Source: an uncultured virus (IMG/VR IMGVR_UViG_3300032516_007629) (lineage: Duplodnaviria; Heunggongvirae; Uroviricota; Caudoviricetes). Taken from it: DNA of 64,000 nucleotides. A model generated the notes under the pieces. The model was given only the letters and a program-made list of their open reading frames with translations. It did no database searches and was not told where the DNA came from. This document shows, piece by piece, positions 29,688-37,395 of this stretch (position 1 is the first letter of the stretch; each line of letters opens with the position of its first letter). A program made the position numbers and the translations under genes. Location of the stretch: IMG/VR virus record IMGVR_UViG_3300032516_007629. One strand, written 5' to 3'.

Positions 29688-30179
29688 TCAAGTATTAGCC
29701 TTGTCAACGTCAAGATCTTCCCATCTATAAACTACAGCCAAGGTACCTGAACCTTCTCCAGGTCGGATATGCCCTAAGTCGGGGCTGTATATATGGTAGT
29801 GCCCACTACTTTCAATACTAGTGATTTCACCTTCTACTCCTTCCCTAGGAAGCTTAATCGTATCACCCACCTTGTATTTAGGCATGAGAGTTTTGGCGTA
29901 CTCCCTCTCTAAATTTTTAAGCGGCTTAAAGCTGAGATAGGAAGCCTCGTCTAAAATCTCTACAAGACCGGCATCGGGACTCCAATCATCTAACCTTTGA
30001 GCAAGAGCATACCCGTCCCAATCAAAGCCATTATTCAAAGCTTCAGTTAGCTCTTCTTTCGCACTCTCCTCATTACAATCATCACCCAACGCTTTAAGCC
30101 AAGCTAGGCACTTAGGATACAACTTATCCACAACCGCTTGGATCACTTCCGGTGAATGCTTGTTCGGACGACGCGCCAT
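29688..30179 (-). CDS. Hypothetical phage protein
   Basis: DGYALAQRLDDW, PKYKVGD. Confidence 0.6.
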   Translation of the reverse strand: MARRPNKHSPEVIQAVVDKLYPKCLAWLKALGDDCNEESAKEELTEALNNGFDWDGYALAQRLDDWSPDAGLVEILDEASYLSFKPLKNLEREYAKTLMPKYKVGDTIKLPREGVEGEITSIESSGHYHIYSPDLGHIRPGEGSGTLAVVYRWEDLDVDKANT

Positions 30180-30382
30180 GTGTATTTCCCTATAGAAAAG
30201 GGAAATATTAACCTGCGAAAAGACTGCAAGGCAAGATCGAACCCTAGCACAGCGAAATTAAATTTCTTGCATTTTTACGACAAATGTGACATCATTAAAA
30301 GATGTATATACGCCGAGTAAATCTAGCCCGAATATGAACCTTGACAGGTTTCGTTTCCGCTAGTAACGGTTAGATATCTATT

Positions 30383-30458
30383 GGACCCATAGCTCAATGG
30401 TTAGAGCAGCAAACTCATAATTTGTTGGTTCGGGGTTCGAGTCCCTGTGGGTCCACCA
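30383..30458 (+). tRNA. tRNA with CAT anticodon, probably tRNA-Ile2 (lysidine, reads AUA)
   Basis: GGACCCA/TGGGTCC acceptor, TAGCTCAATGGTTAGAGCA D-arm and CTCATAA loop resembling bacterial Ile2. Met identity is not excluded. Confidence 0.8.
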
Positions 30459-30467
30459 TTCTCCCTT

Positions 30468-31337
30468 CTACCACCTGATTTGCCCCTCTTTTAGCTTCTT
30501 AAACGTAATCCTTTCTACTTCCATCTTTTCTTCACCTTTATATTTTAACGTCTTCAAAACGCTCCTAGCATCGCGGCATAACGTGCGAAAACCATCTGGC
30601 TCCAAGGATGCCGAATGGTCTGTGCCCCGCCAAGTGCGATCTAGTGTGAAATGCCGTTCGATGTATGTAGCGCCTAGGGTAAGGGCGGCAATATCGGCGG
30701 CAATTCCTAGGTGGTGCCCGCTAAATCCTACAGCTTTTACCCTACCTTGGTACTTGGTAATCAGGTTAGGGATCTCAAGCAAGCATACATCTTCAAAGGC
30801 GACGGGGTACCCAGAAGTGCATGAATATATTACTAAATCTTGATGTCGTTTATTGACCTCAAAAAGTGAAACAATTTTTTCGATTTCATCCTCTTCAGTC
30901 ATTCCCAGAGACAAATGTATCTCACCTGTAAAACCCGTGATTAGTTCCATCAACAGAGGCTTGTTTAGGTTACACGCTGACGGCACTTTGATCATTTTTG
31001 GTTGTAATGTTATTATTTCCTTTGCTGACGTTACGTCCCACACCGAAGTGGAGTACTCTATGTGAGCCTCATCACACCAACGCTTTAGCTGTGCATGTTC
31101 TTCGATAGTGAACTCTAACCGTTCCCTGTGTTCGCCATAGCTTGCCCCATAGCTATTATACCCATTAGGGTGTGGAGCGTTGTACTCTTCCTCCGTAAGA
31201 AGCTCTCTAATGCAACGTTTTTGGAATTTTACAACGTCTGCTTTAACAATGTGGCTAGCCACTTCAATCATCTCTTTGGCTATTTTAAGCTCACCCTTGT
31301 GATTGCACCCGATCTCCGCTATTAGTTTAACGTTCAT
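30468..31337 (-). CDS. neuB: NeuB-family nonulosonic acid (Neu5Ac/KDN-type) synthase
   Basis: LIAEIGCNHKG, DVVKFQKR, IKVPSA, GFSGH, IERHFTLDR...DHSASLEP. Lacks the C-terminal AFP-like domain. Confidence 0.92.
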   Translation of the reverse strand: MNVKLIAEIGCNHKGELKIAKEMIEVASHIVKADVVKFQKRCIRELLTEEEYNAPHPNGYNSYGASYGEHRERLEFTIEEHAQLKRWCDEAHIEYSTSVWDVTSAKEIITLQPKMIKVPSACNLNKPLLMELITGFTGEIHLSLGMTEEDEIEKIVSLFEVNKRHQDLVIYSCTSGYPVAFEDVCLLEIPNLITKYQGRVKAVGFSGHHLGIAADIAALTLGATYIERHFTLDRTWRGTDHSASLEPDGFRTLCRDARSVLKTLKYKGEEKMEVERITFKKLKEGQIRW

Positions 31338-32026
31338 GTTGATTCTCCGTGATAATGTTTTTTCATAGCCGCCTCCGCCATGTACCAATCCTCCGGTTCA
31401 TCAATGTCAATAGCCGTATATTCTGGCATCTCGAAAATTTCAACCTTAGTTGATAACCTATTTTTAAATATTCTAATATTCTTCACGGAATTGACGTAAA
31501 ATGCTCCGTTTTCCATAAGCGTCCCTGCGAAGTCTTGGCGTCGTGGTCTATTTAGGTAGTCATAGTTTATGGGAGAACCAGCGTCACCCCAAAAAAATCT
31601 CTTTACTCTTGAGCAGGACAAGACAGAAGATTTTCCCCCGCTGTTCAAATATCGGAGAATTCCCCCCTCGTAGTCTTCCGTCCTGGTCAAAGGGCAAGTT
31701 GCTTGAGATAATAAAAAGATCGTCTCATCAGAGATGTGTTGTTTCTCTATAAACTCCAAGATAACACTTTCTGTCGTTGATGCATCCTCTGCATTTTTGG
31801 GATCTCGGTCGTAAATCTTAACTTTGCCAAAAGCAAAGTTGCTAACTACATCTTTGATATCCAGGTTATCCGTCGCTACATATATCTTATTGATGCTTTC
31901 GACTGCCGACAACGCCCGTAGGTTCCAATATACTAGTGGCTTCCCGCAGAAATCCTTTATGTTTTTCAATGGTATCGACTTGCTTCCACCACGCACAGGG
32001 ACGAAAGCAATTAAATTAGGAGCCAT
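31334..32026 (-). CDS. neuA: CMP-nonulosonate (acylneuraminate) cytidylyltransferase
   Basis: PVRGGSKSIPLKNI, QATCPL, RPRRQD, ENGAFY, DIDEPED. Confidence 0.92.
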   Translation of the reverse strand: MAPNLIAFVPVRGGSKSIPLKNIKDFCGKPLVYWNLRALSAVESINKIYVATDNLDIKDVVSNFAFGKVKIYDRDPKNAEDASTTESVILEFIEKQHISDETIFLLSQATCPLTRTEDYEGGILRYLNSGGKSSVLSCSRVKRFFWGDAGSPINYDYLNRPRRQDFAGTLMENGAFYVNSVKNIRIFKNRLSTKVEIFEMPEYTAIDIDEPEDWYMAEAAMKKHYHGEST

Positions 32027-32057
32027 GATGTCCTGCCACATAAGTGAGTTAAATAAT

Positions 32058-33164
32058 TTAGGGTAAACATTTAAATAGACGTAAATAGGTTTGGGGATCT
32101 TTATGTTGTTCTTCAGTTAGAGTAAATTCTTTTATAAGCGTAAGAAATTTATCTACATCCTCACTCCAGTGTTCTCTTGAGAAAAACTCTGCTGTTTCCT
32201 CCAGTGAAGTTGGCGGTTTGGTATAAACTATATCCGCAGCAGAGTAGTAGGTTTTACCCAAGACTATAACTTTTTTACCTAAACAAAGTGCCTCAAATCC
32301 AGCGGTGCAGCTTACGGTAATAACGTAATCCGCAGCATTCATTAAATCAAAGCCGTTCACATCTCGGCCTAAGGTAAGGGTACCTTCTAGTATCTCTTCA
32401 TCGTCTGGTGCTTTGGGGTGTCTTTTATAAATAACCTCATATTTGCTACTATCAATAACTCGTGTACACCATTGTTGGAAGCACTTCGTCTCTTCAAATG
32501 TTGAGCCGAAACCGGGAATGTCCTGTCTGACCAGATGGGTCAGAACTTGAAGAGGAACGAAAACTAATCTCTTTGTCTTGTCTAAACCATAGCGTTCAAA
32601 AATCTCATCTTTGCTATATATAATATTGCCCTGTGCGGCATCCTTAAGAGATGCTAACCACGGCAGATCTAACTGAAGTGTGTCTTTGCGCTGTTGGTAT
32701 ATGCGGGGAAGGTTGCTGGTTGTATGGAAACCCCCAAAGTTGAAAAGATACCAACTTGGTTTCCTATACATCCACATGGAGGTGAAATCTTTGTGAGTCC
32801 TGTCAAGCCTACAACTCAGGACATCTTGGCATATTACCGGAATTCCTCTAGAGCTGAAAAAGTCGTTTAAATAAACATCCTCATTCCAAAACACGACTCC
32901 CGTAAAATTATATTTATCACATAAAGGGTTCAATGTATTATCTGACAAATAGAACCAAGGGGAGTCTATGGTTTCAACTACAACGTTAGAATACGAGGAG
33001 ATATTCATGCTCGTTACCAACTCCGGAGTAGTTAAGATTACTATTTTTTGGCAGTAGTCTTTTAAACGACCTACTATGTCAACAAATAGTGAAAGTGGCC
33101 AGTCCCAAGGTGTCATAAATAGTAGGGTCTCGGCTTCGGTTAAATTTTTATAGTGCGTGTTCAT
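32058..33164 (-). CDS. Capsule-biosynthesis (KpsC/S-like) GT-B protein, candidate nonulosonate transferase
   Basis: VFVPLQ, YKRHP, VITVSCTAGFEALCLGKKVIVLG. Confidence 0.75.
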   Translation of the reverse strand: MNTHYKNLTEAETLLFMTPWDWPLSLFVDIVGRLKDYCQKIVILTTPELVTSMNISSYSNVVVETIDSPWFYLSDNTLNPLCDKYNFTGVVFWNEDVYLNDFFSSRGIPVICQDVLSCRLDRTHKDFTSMWMYRKPSWYLFNFGGFHTTSNLPRIYQQRKDTLQLDLPWLASLKDAAQGNIIYSKDEIFERYGLDKTKRLVFVPLQVLTHLVRQDIPGFGSTFEETKCFQQWCTRVIDSSKYEVIYKRHPKAPDDEEILEGTLTLGRDVNGFDLMNAADYVITVSCTAGFEALCLGKKVIVLGKTYYSAADIVYTKPPTSLEETAEFFSREHWSEDVDKFLTLIKEFTLTEEQHKDPQTYLRLFKCLP

Positions 33165-33166
33165 AC

Positions 33167-34978
33167 CTAAGCTTTTAGACCCCAAAATTCCAGCCAAGCC
33201 TTTTCTCCCAAAACTATTGGAGGTTGACCTTGAACACAACTCGGTGTGCCATCGTCTATGCGTGTTATTACGGTACCATCTGTGTCGATTAACTTCGTCT
33301 TACACTTATGAGCCGCCATAACAAAGGATCGCTCTATTACATGTGCTAACGTACCACATCTCTGACCACCCTCATCTTCAAAATTATAATTAGATAGGAC
33401 ATCTAATAAGATGTGGAGTATATCGACTCTCCCATAAAACATTGACCCAGCAATAAAAACATCTGTTCCATTTGAACCTATACGATTAGCAAATTCGGTG
33501 ACCCTAGGTTTAGTTTGAGGCAAAGTATAGTGCAGTGGTAATAGATGTCCCTTAGGACCCACAAGACCAATCGTAAAATCTTCTTTCAACTTTGTTACTA
33601 TGGATGGGTTAAGGAGCGTAGTAAGTAAATCAGTTCGCCATTGCTTATTTAACTTTGTATGTAGCTTTAAAAAATGTGAGTATTTACCTAGTATTCTAGT
33701 TTTCACCGTCGTAATAAAAGGTAATATATCCTTACCCCTGTTATCATAGCTGTCTATGGTAGCTGTAGTTGAAAACTCTCCCACAACGGCAGCAACATCA
33801 TAATGTTTATCTTTGGTGGTGGTGATAAATAAATCAATTTCTTTAGAAGAATAACATTTTAACACCTCAGCTAGGATTTCTCTCAAAATATCTGGGTAAT
33901 ACGCATGAATGACTACGGCTAATTTAGTAGTCTCGTAACTTACTTCTGTTTTGCTGCTTCCGGTTTGGTTTGCCTCTATTAAGGCTTCTTTTGTCGCTCG
34001 TAAATAGGCATCGCCAAACTTTATATCCGGCTCTAAATGTGCGCCCTCTCCCCACTCATTCCACGCATTTATAAATACTGTATTATGATGGCTTTTTTTA
34101 AATGAAGCCAACAACCTCTCTCGATACATCTCAGGTGTTGATCCATAAAAAATGTGTGCAGCTTTTCCCCGTCTCGGTGTGTTGTCCCACGATGGGCAAA
34201 CACATTTGAAGACCTTAAACGGTTTGTCTCCGCAGACTAGTCCCTTATAGTTATAAATTTTACCACTGAAATTTTGGACTGGGGTAGGCGCTGGGTCAAC
34301 GAAGAGGTCGTTGCTTTGCACACCATGAGGGGGAAATTCAAGAGCGCAATCAAACGAAGTGTGATCCTGTGACCCTCGTGTAAGAGTATTTACCACATAT
34401 AACTCCCCTATTCCATTCTCTCTACACCACTCCCGCCAACGCATAACTGTAGCTGCGATATCTTGAAAAAGGTCTAGGCGATATACGCTAATAAGAGGTT
34501 TACCCTCAATGCGAATATACCGTGGGTCTAACAGATAAGGTTTCAATGACGCTATAAAGGCAATGTCGTCTTCAGCGTTATGCCTCTGCTGCACCAATAT
34601 CTCATTTTCCGACCCATCCCACCGCCTACTCCACGTTTCATTAGCCCACATTAAACAAAATGGCATGTCTAGAGAACTATCTCTTAAGAACATCTCTAAT
34701 GGCTTGTCAAGTAGTTTGCGCCCATTAAACCAATAGTAGTAGAAACAAAACCCTCCAATACCATACTGCTTTGCTAAGTCAATTTGATGACGAAAAGTCT
34801 GAGGATTCATCAAATCGTAGTAGCCATCGCGTGGAATGTGTGGCTGGTAATGCCCCTCAAAAATAGGAGTGGCTTTTTTAACATTCGTCCACTCGGTGAA
34901 ACCCTCGCCCCACCACTCATTATTTTCAGGTACTTCATGGAATTGAGTGAGATAATAACAAATCACCTGAGCCATCAT
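33167..34978 (-). CDS. WbsX/GH99-like domain fused to an RgpF (rhamnan synthesis F)-like domain
   Basis: YYLTQFHEVPENNEWWGEGFTEWTNV, FINAWNEWGEGAHLEPD. C-terminal VIHAYY, NRGKDILPF, KLHTK, AHVIER. Confidence 0.88.
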   Translation of the reverse strand: MMAQVICYYLTQFHEVPENNEWWGEGFTEWTNVKKATPIFEGHYQPHIPRDGYYDLMNPQTFRHQIDLAKQYGIGGFCFYYYWFNGRKLLDKPLEMFLRDSSLDMPFCLMWANETWSRRWDGSENEILVQQRHNAEDDIAFIASLKPYLLDPRYIRIEGKPLISVYRLDLFQDIAATVMRWREWCRENGIGELYVVNTLTRGSQDHTSFDCALEFPPHGVQSNDLFVDPAPTPVQNFSGKIYNYKGLVCGDKPFKVFKCVCPSWDNTPRRGKAAHIFYGSTPEMYRERLLASFKKSHHNTVFINAWNEWGEGAHLEPDIKFGDAYLRATKEALIEANQTGSSKTEVSYETTKLAVVIHAYYPDILREILAEVLKCYSSKEIDLFITTTKDKHYDVAAVVGEFSTTATIDSYDNRGKDILPFITTVKTRILGKYSHFLKLHTKLNKQWRTDLLTTLLNPSIVTKLKEDFTIGLVGPKGHLLPLHYTLPQTKPRVTEFANRIGSNGTDVFIAGSMFYGRVDILHILLDVLSNYNFEDEGGQRCGTLAHVIERSFVMAAHKCKTKLIDTDGTVITRIDDGTPSCVQGQPPIVLGEKAWLEFWGLKA

Positions 34979-35048
34979 TTGCCCTTCTTAATTATTAAAT
35001 AATTATTAAATAATTAATCTATGAAGCGCATGAGAACAGGTGATTATG

Positions 35049-35140
35049 TGGCTGGGATGGTGGGATTTGAACCCACGAAGAAGCTTCCGCCTCTTGCCAG
35101 AGTCAAAGTCTGGTGCCTTAAGCCGCTCGACCACATCCCG
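35049..35140 (-). tRNA. tRNA-Gln(TTG) with atypical long variable arm
   Basis: CCAGA-CTTTGAC-TCTGG, 7-bp variable stem AAGAGGC-GGAA-GCTTCTT, C1xA72, G73-CCA. Confidence 0.85.
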
Positions 35141-35228
35141 ATAAAAAATCAAGGTGTAGCCTCACTGTCGCAATGTCCTATTGTTGAAGAAACCTCGAAT
35201 ATTTTAACATACAAATCCTTTTAAATAT

Positions 35229-35304
35229 TGGAGCGGATGATGGGACTCGAACCCACTTTCTTCAGCTTGGAAGGCTGACGCTAGACCAGTTTAGCTTCAT
35301 CCGC
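35229..35304 (-). tRNA. tRNA-Gly(TCC)
   Basis: GCGGATG/CATCCGC acceptor, TCAGC-CTTCCAA-GCTGA, U73-CCA. Confidence 0.92.
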
Positions 35305-35311
35305 AACCTTG

Positions 35312-35385
35312 TGGAGCCGATAGGGAGAATTGAACTCCCTCCCGCACACTGGCAGTGTGCCATGCTACCGTAACACTTTATCGGC
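35312..35385 (-). tRNA. tRNA-Gly(GCC)
   Basis: GCCGATA/TATCGGC acceptor, GCACA-CTGCCAG-TGTGC, U73-CCA. Confidence 0.92.
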
Positions 35386-35387
35386 AT

Positions 35388-35464
35388 TGGTGGAAGTAGT
35401 GGGACTCGAACCCACGAAAAACTTGGTTGCAAACCAAGTGCAATTGCCGCTATGCGATACCCCC
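35388..35464 (-). tRNA. tRNA-Ala(TGC)
   Basis: GGGGGTA/TACTTCC acceptor with G3:U70, CTTGG-TTTGCAA-CCAAG. Confidence 0.92.
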
Positions 35465-35499
35465 ATTACGAACCTTTAGACTTTTCTCCTTTCCTTTAG

Positions 35500-35577
35500 T
35501 GGGGTGAATGACGGTACTCGAAACCGCATTATGCCGCCTTCACAGGGCGGTGATCTTCCTCTTGATCTACATCCACC
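35500..35577 (-). tRNA. tRNA-His(GTG)
   Basis: G-1:C73, CCGCC-CTGTGAA-GGCGG, CCA end. Confidence 0.92.
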
Positions 35578-35592
35578 ATGTGGCTGTTAAGA

Positions 35593-35668
35593 TGGCTCCC
35601 CAGGTCCGACTCGAACGGACATTTTCTTGATTAACAGTCAAGTGCATTGCCAAATCTGCCACCGGGGA
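35593..35668 (-). tRNA. tRNA-Asn(GTT)
   Basis: TCCCCGG/CTGGGGA acceptor, CTTGA-CTGTTAA-TCAAG, G73-CCA. Confidence 0.92.
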
Positions 35669-35698
35669 ATAAGTACACTCCTAGCACACTTAGAAACT

Positions 35699-35727
35699 AA
35701 AAAACCCCGCTTCATCGGCGGGGTTTT
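35699..35727 (-). terminator. Intrinsic terminator (attenuator) before tRNA operon 3
   Basis: Minus strand AAAACCCCGC-CGATGAA-GCGGGG-TTTTTT. Confidence 0.9.
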
Positions 35728-35750
35728 GGTTTCTTCTTAAGACTGTTCTT

Positions 35751-35822
35751 TCAGCTTAAACCAATACCCCTAGAGCCATTACCGGCTCCATGATTTGCTT
35801 GGTTATTTTGCTGAACGAACAT
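35751..35822 (-). CDS. Leader peptide 3, MFVQQNNQANHGAGNGSRGIGLS (attenuator of the Asn/His/Ala/Gly/Gly/Gln tRNA operon)
   Basis: GGAG SD and ATG. Codons 4-16 are all Q/N/A/H/G, matching the downstream tRNAs. Confidence 0.9.
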   Translation of the reverse strand: MFVQQNNQANHGAGNGSRGIGLS

Positions 35823-35867
35823 TTTCTAACTCCAAAATACTCTATGAGGGATTTTCCCTACTCTTTT

Positions 35868-35896
35868 AATCTTAGCACCACTTTCGCCGGAGTCAA
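35868..35896 (-). promoter_or_regulatory. sigma70-type promoter of tRNA operon 3
   Basis: TTGACT-16/17 nt-TAAGAT(T) with TG extended -10. Confidence 0.75.
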
Positions 35897-36534
35897 GATT
35901 TTTTTTTGGATAATTCTGAGATCCGCCAAGCTAGGTTTTCCCTAGCTGTCTTTTCCCACTCTGTCTTTACATAATAGATGCGTTTTCTTTTAAGAAGCGT
36001 TTTAAGAAACTTGATATGACCTTTAAGAAAGGCTTTTTCTCCGTACACATCTGCTAGTTCTAATCGCACATTTTCACTGTCTTGCAAAAACTCTTCTCTA
36101 GATTGCGCGAAGCTTTGCAGATCTAAGTCTAAGACTAGTTGTGTGAGCTTAGAAATATTCTCCTGATCTTTATCATGATGCCCGGTGGCATTTATAGCTT
36201 CGGTAACCGAGACGATATCTAAATCAATCCTAGACTCTAAAAGAGACGAGTCGGACTCAAAATGTATCTTTAGTTTATTGATCATATAAAGCGAGATGGA
36301 CATGGCTTCATTGATGCCTGGTGGACACATTTTTCTACTATATTGCAGATCATGGTAGATGATGCACTCAAGTAGGACTGATAGTCTAGAGTGGTCTTTG
36401 TCCACCCATCTAAGCATATTATTTATATGCTGCAAATTATGATATTTGCGGTGTGGTAGGTTGTACAGTGATTTTATTTTTTCACGACGCCTAGGCGTGT
36501 AATTTAGGATATCAAAAGCTTCGTCTATATTCAT
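35893..36534 (-). CDS. HD-superfamily metal-dependent phosphohydrolase
   Basis: RKYHNLQHI, IIYHD, VLDLDL, VRLE. Confidence 0.85.
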   Translation of the reverse strand: MNIDEAFDILNYTPRRREKIKSLYNLPHRKYHNLQHINNMLRWVDKDHSRLSVLLECIIYHDLQYSRKMCPPGINEAMSISLYMINKLKIHFESDSSLLESRIDLDIVSVTEAINATGHHDKDQENISKLTQLVLDLDLQSFAQSREEFLQDSENVRLELADVYGEKAFLKGHIKFLKTLLKRKRIYYVKTEWEKTARENLAWRISELSKKKS

Positions 36535-36553
36535 GCTTAGATACTACCACAAA

Positions 36554-37129
36554 TCAATCTGGCGGGGGTACTTTATTTTTAGATGCCGGTGTTAGTCTAT
36601 ACCCTCTTTGTCTTAGATCTTTTTCTACAAGAAAGCGTAGATATCTACTGACACCTATGGGTTTACCTTTTGGGCTTCGCATATCCCGCACCACTCTATT
36701 TACTAGGTCTCTAATATGTGGGGGTACTGCGGGTGGGGTGAGGTGGACAAGTTCTTCGGTATCGAACATAGAGAAGTCGGGGGAAGAAGATGCTTGTTTA
36801 TTTTCTGGATTTTCTTTATCCACGCCAAGCATAGCGGTCATGGCTAGATATAAGCAGTTCTCCCTAGCTTTTTGGTTATCGGGATAGAGTTTCTTTAGAA
36901 GATCGGGGACAAGGAGGCGCTTTTTATCGTTCCTAATGGAGGCTTCTATTTGGTGAAGCGCATGATGACAATGGGCATCAAGGATAGCAATATTTGCACG
37001 AGTATCTTGCCCTCCTTGTGCTTTTTTTATTTTGTGATGCTCGTGCATGGAAATTCTAGGGAATACTTTTCCACAGCAGTCGCAAGCAAAGGTGTCGAGA
37101 CCACTGGCATCTTTTAGAAAAACAGGCAT
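36554..37129 (-). CDS. HNH-like domain protein
   Basis: CDCCG...HEHHKIKKAQGGQD...NIAILDAHCH. Confidence 0.7.
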   Translation of the reverse strand: MPVFLKDASGLDTFACDCCGKVFPRISMHEHHKIKKAQGGQDTRANIAILDAHCHHALHQIEASIRNDKKRLLVPDLLKKLYPDNQKARENCLYLAMTAMLGVDKENPENKQASSSPDFSMFDTEELVHLTPPAVPPHIRDLVNRVVRDMRSPKGKPIGVSRYLRFLVEKDLRQRGYRLTPASKNKVPPPD

Positions 37130-37395
37130 CTATTTAAGCAGATTTCAATTCAAGCATTCTAGAGACAATCATATCTTCAAGATTAGAATTTTTCAATTGA
37201 TCTGCTGAGTATGATGCGGACAAATTTAAGAAGCTTTCTTCCTTCATTTGATCTTTCAGGGGGAAGGCAGAAATAATTTTGTCTTTTACCTCTGGATTTC
37301 TAAACTTCAAATGGACTTGTCCTGTGACATTGCGCCCTGTGCGGACAAATACTTTTCCAGAAGATAACGCTTTGGATAATAGAACACTTCTCATA

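Noticed and set aside
34988..35020. AATTATTAAAT tandem repeat upstream of the WbsX gene
   Set aside because: Only about 2.5 copies of an AT-only unit, most simply an AT-rich 5' UTR.
35021..35224. 67-aa ORF containing GMVGFEPT
   Set aside because: It is the antisense translation of tRNA-Gln (GFEP is the usual T-arm artefact).
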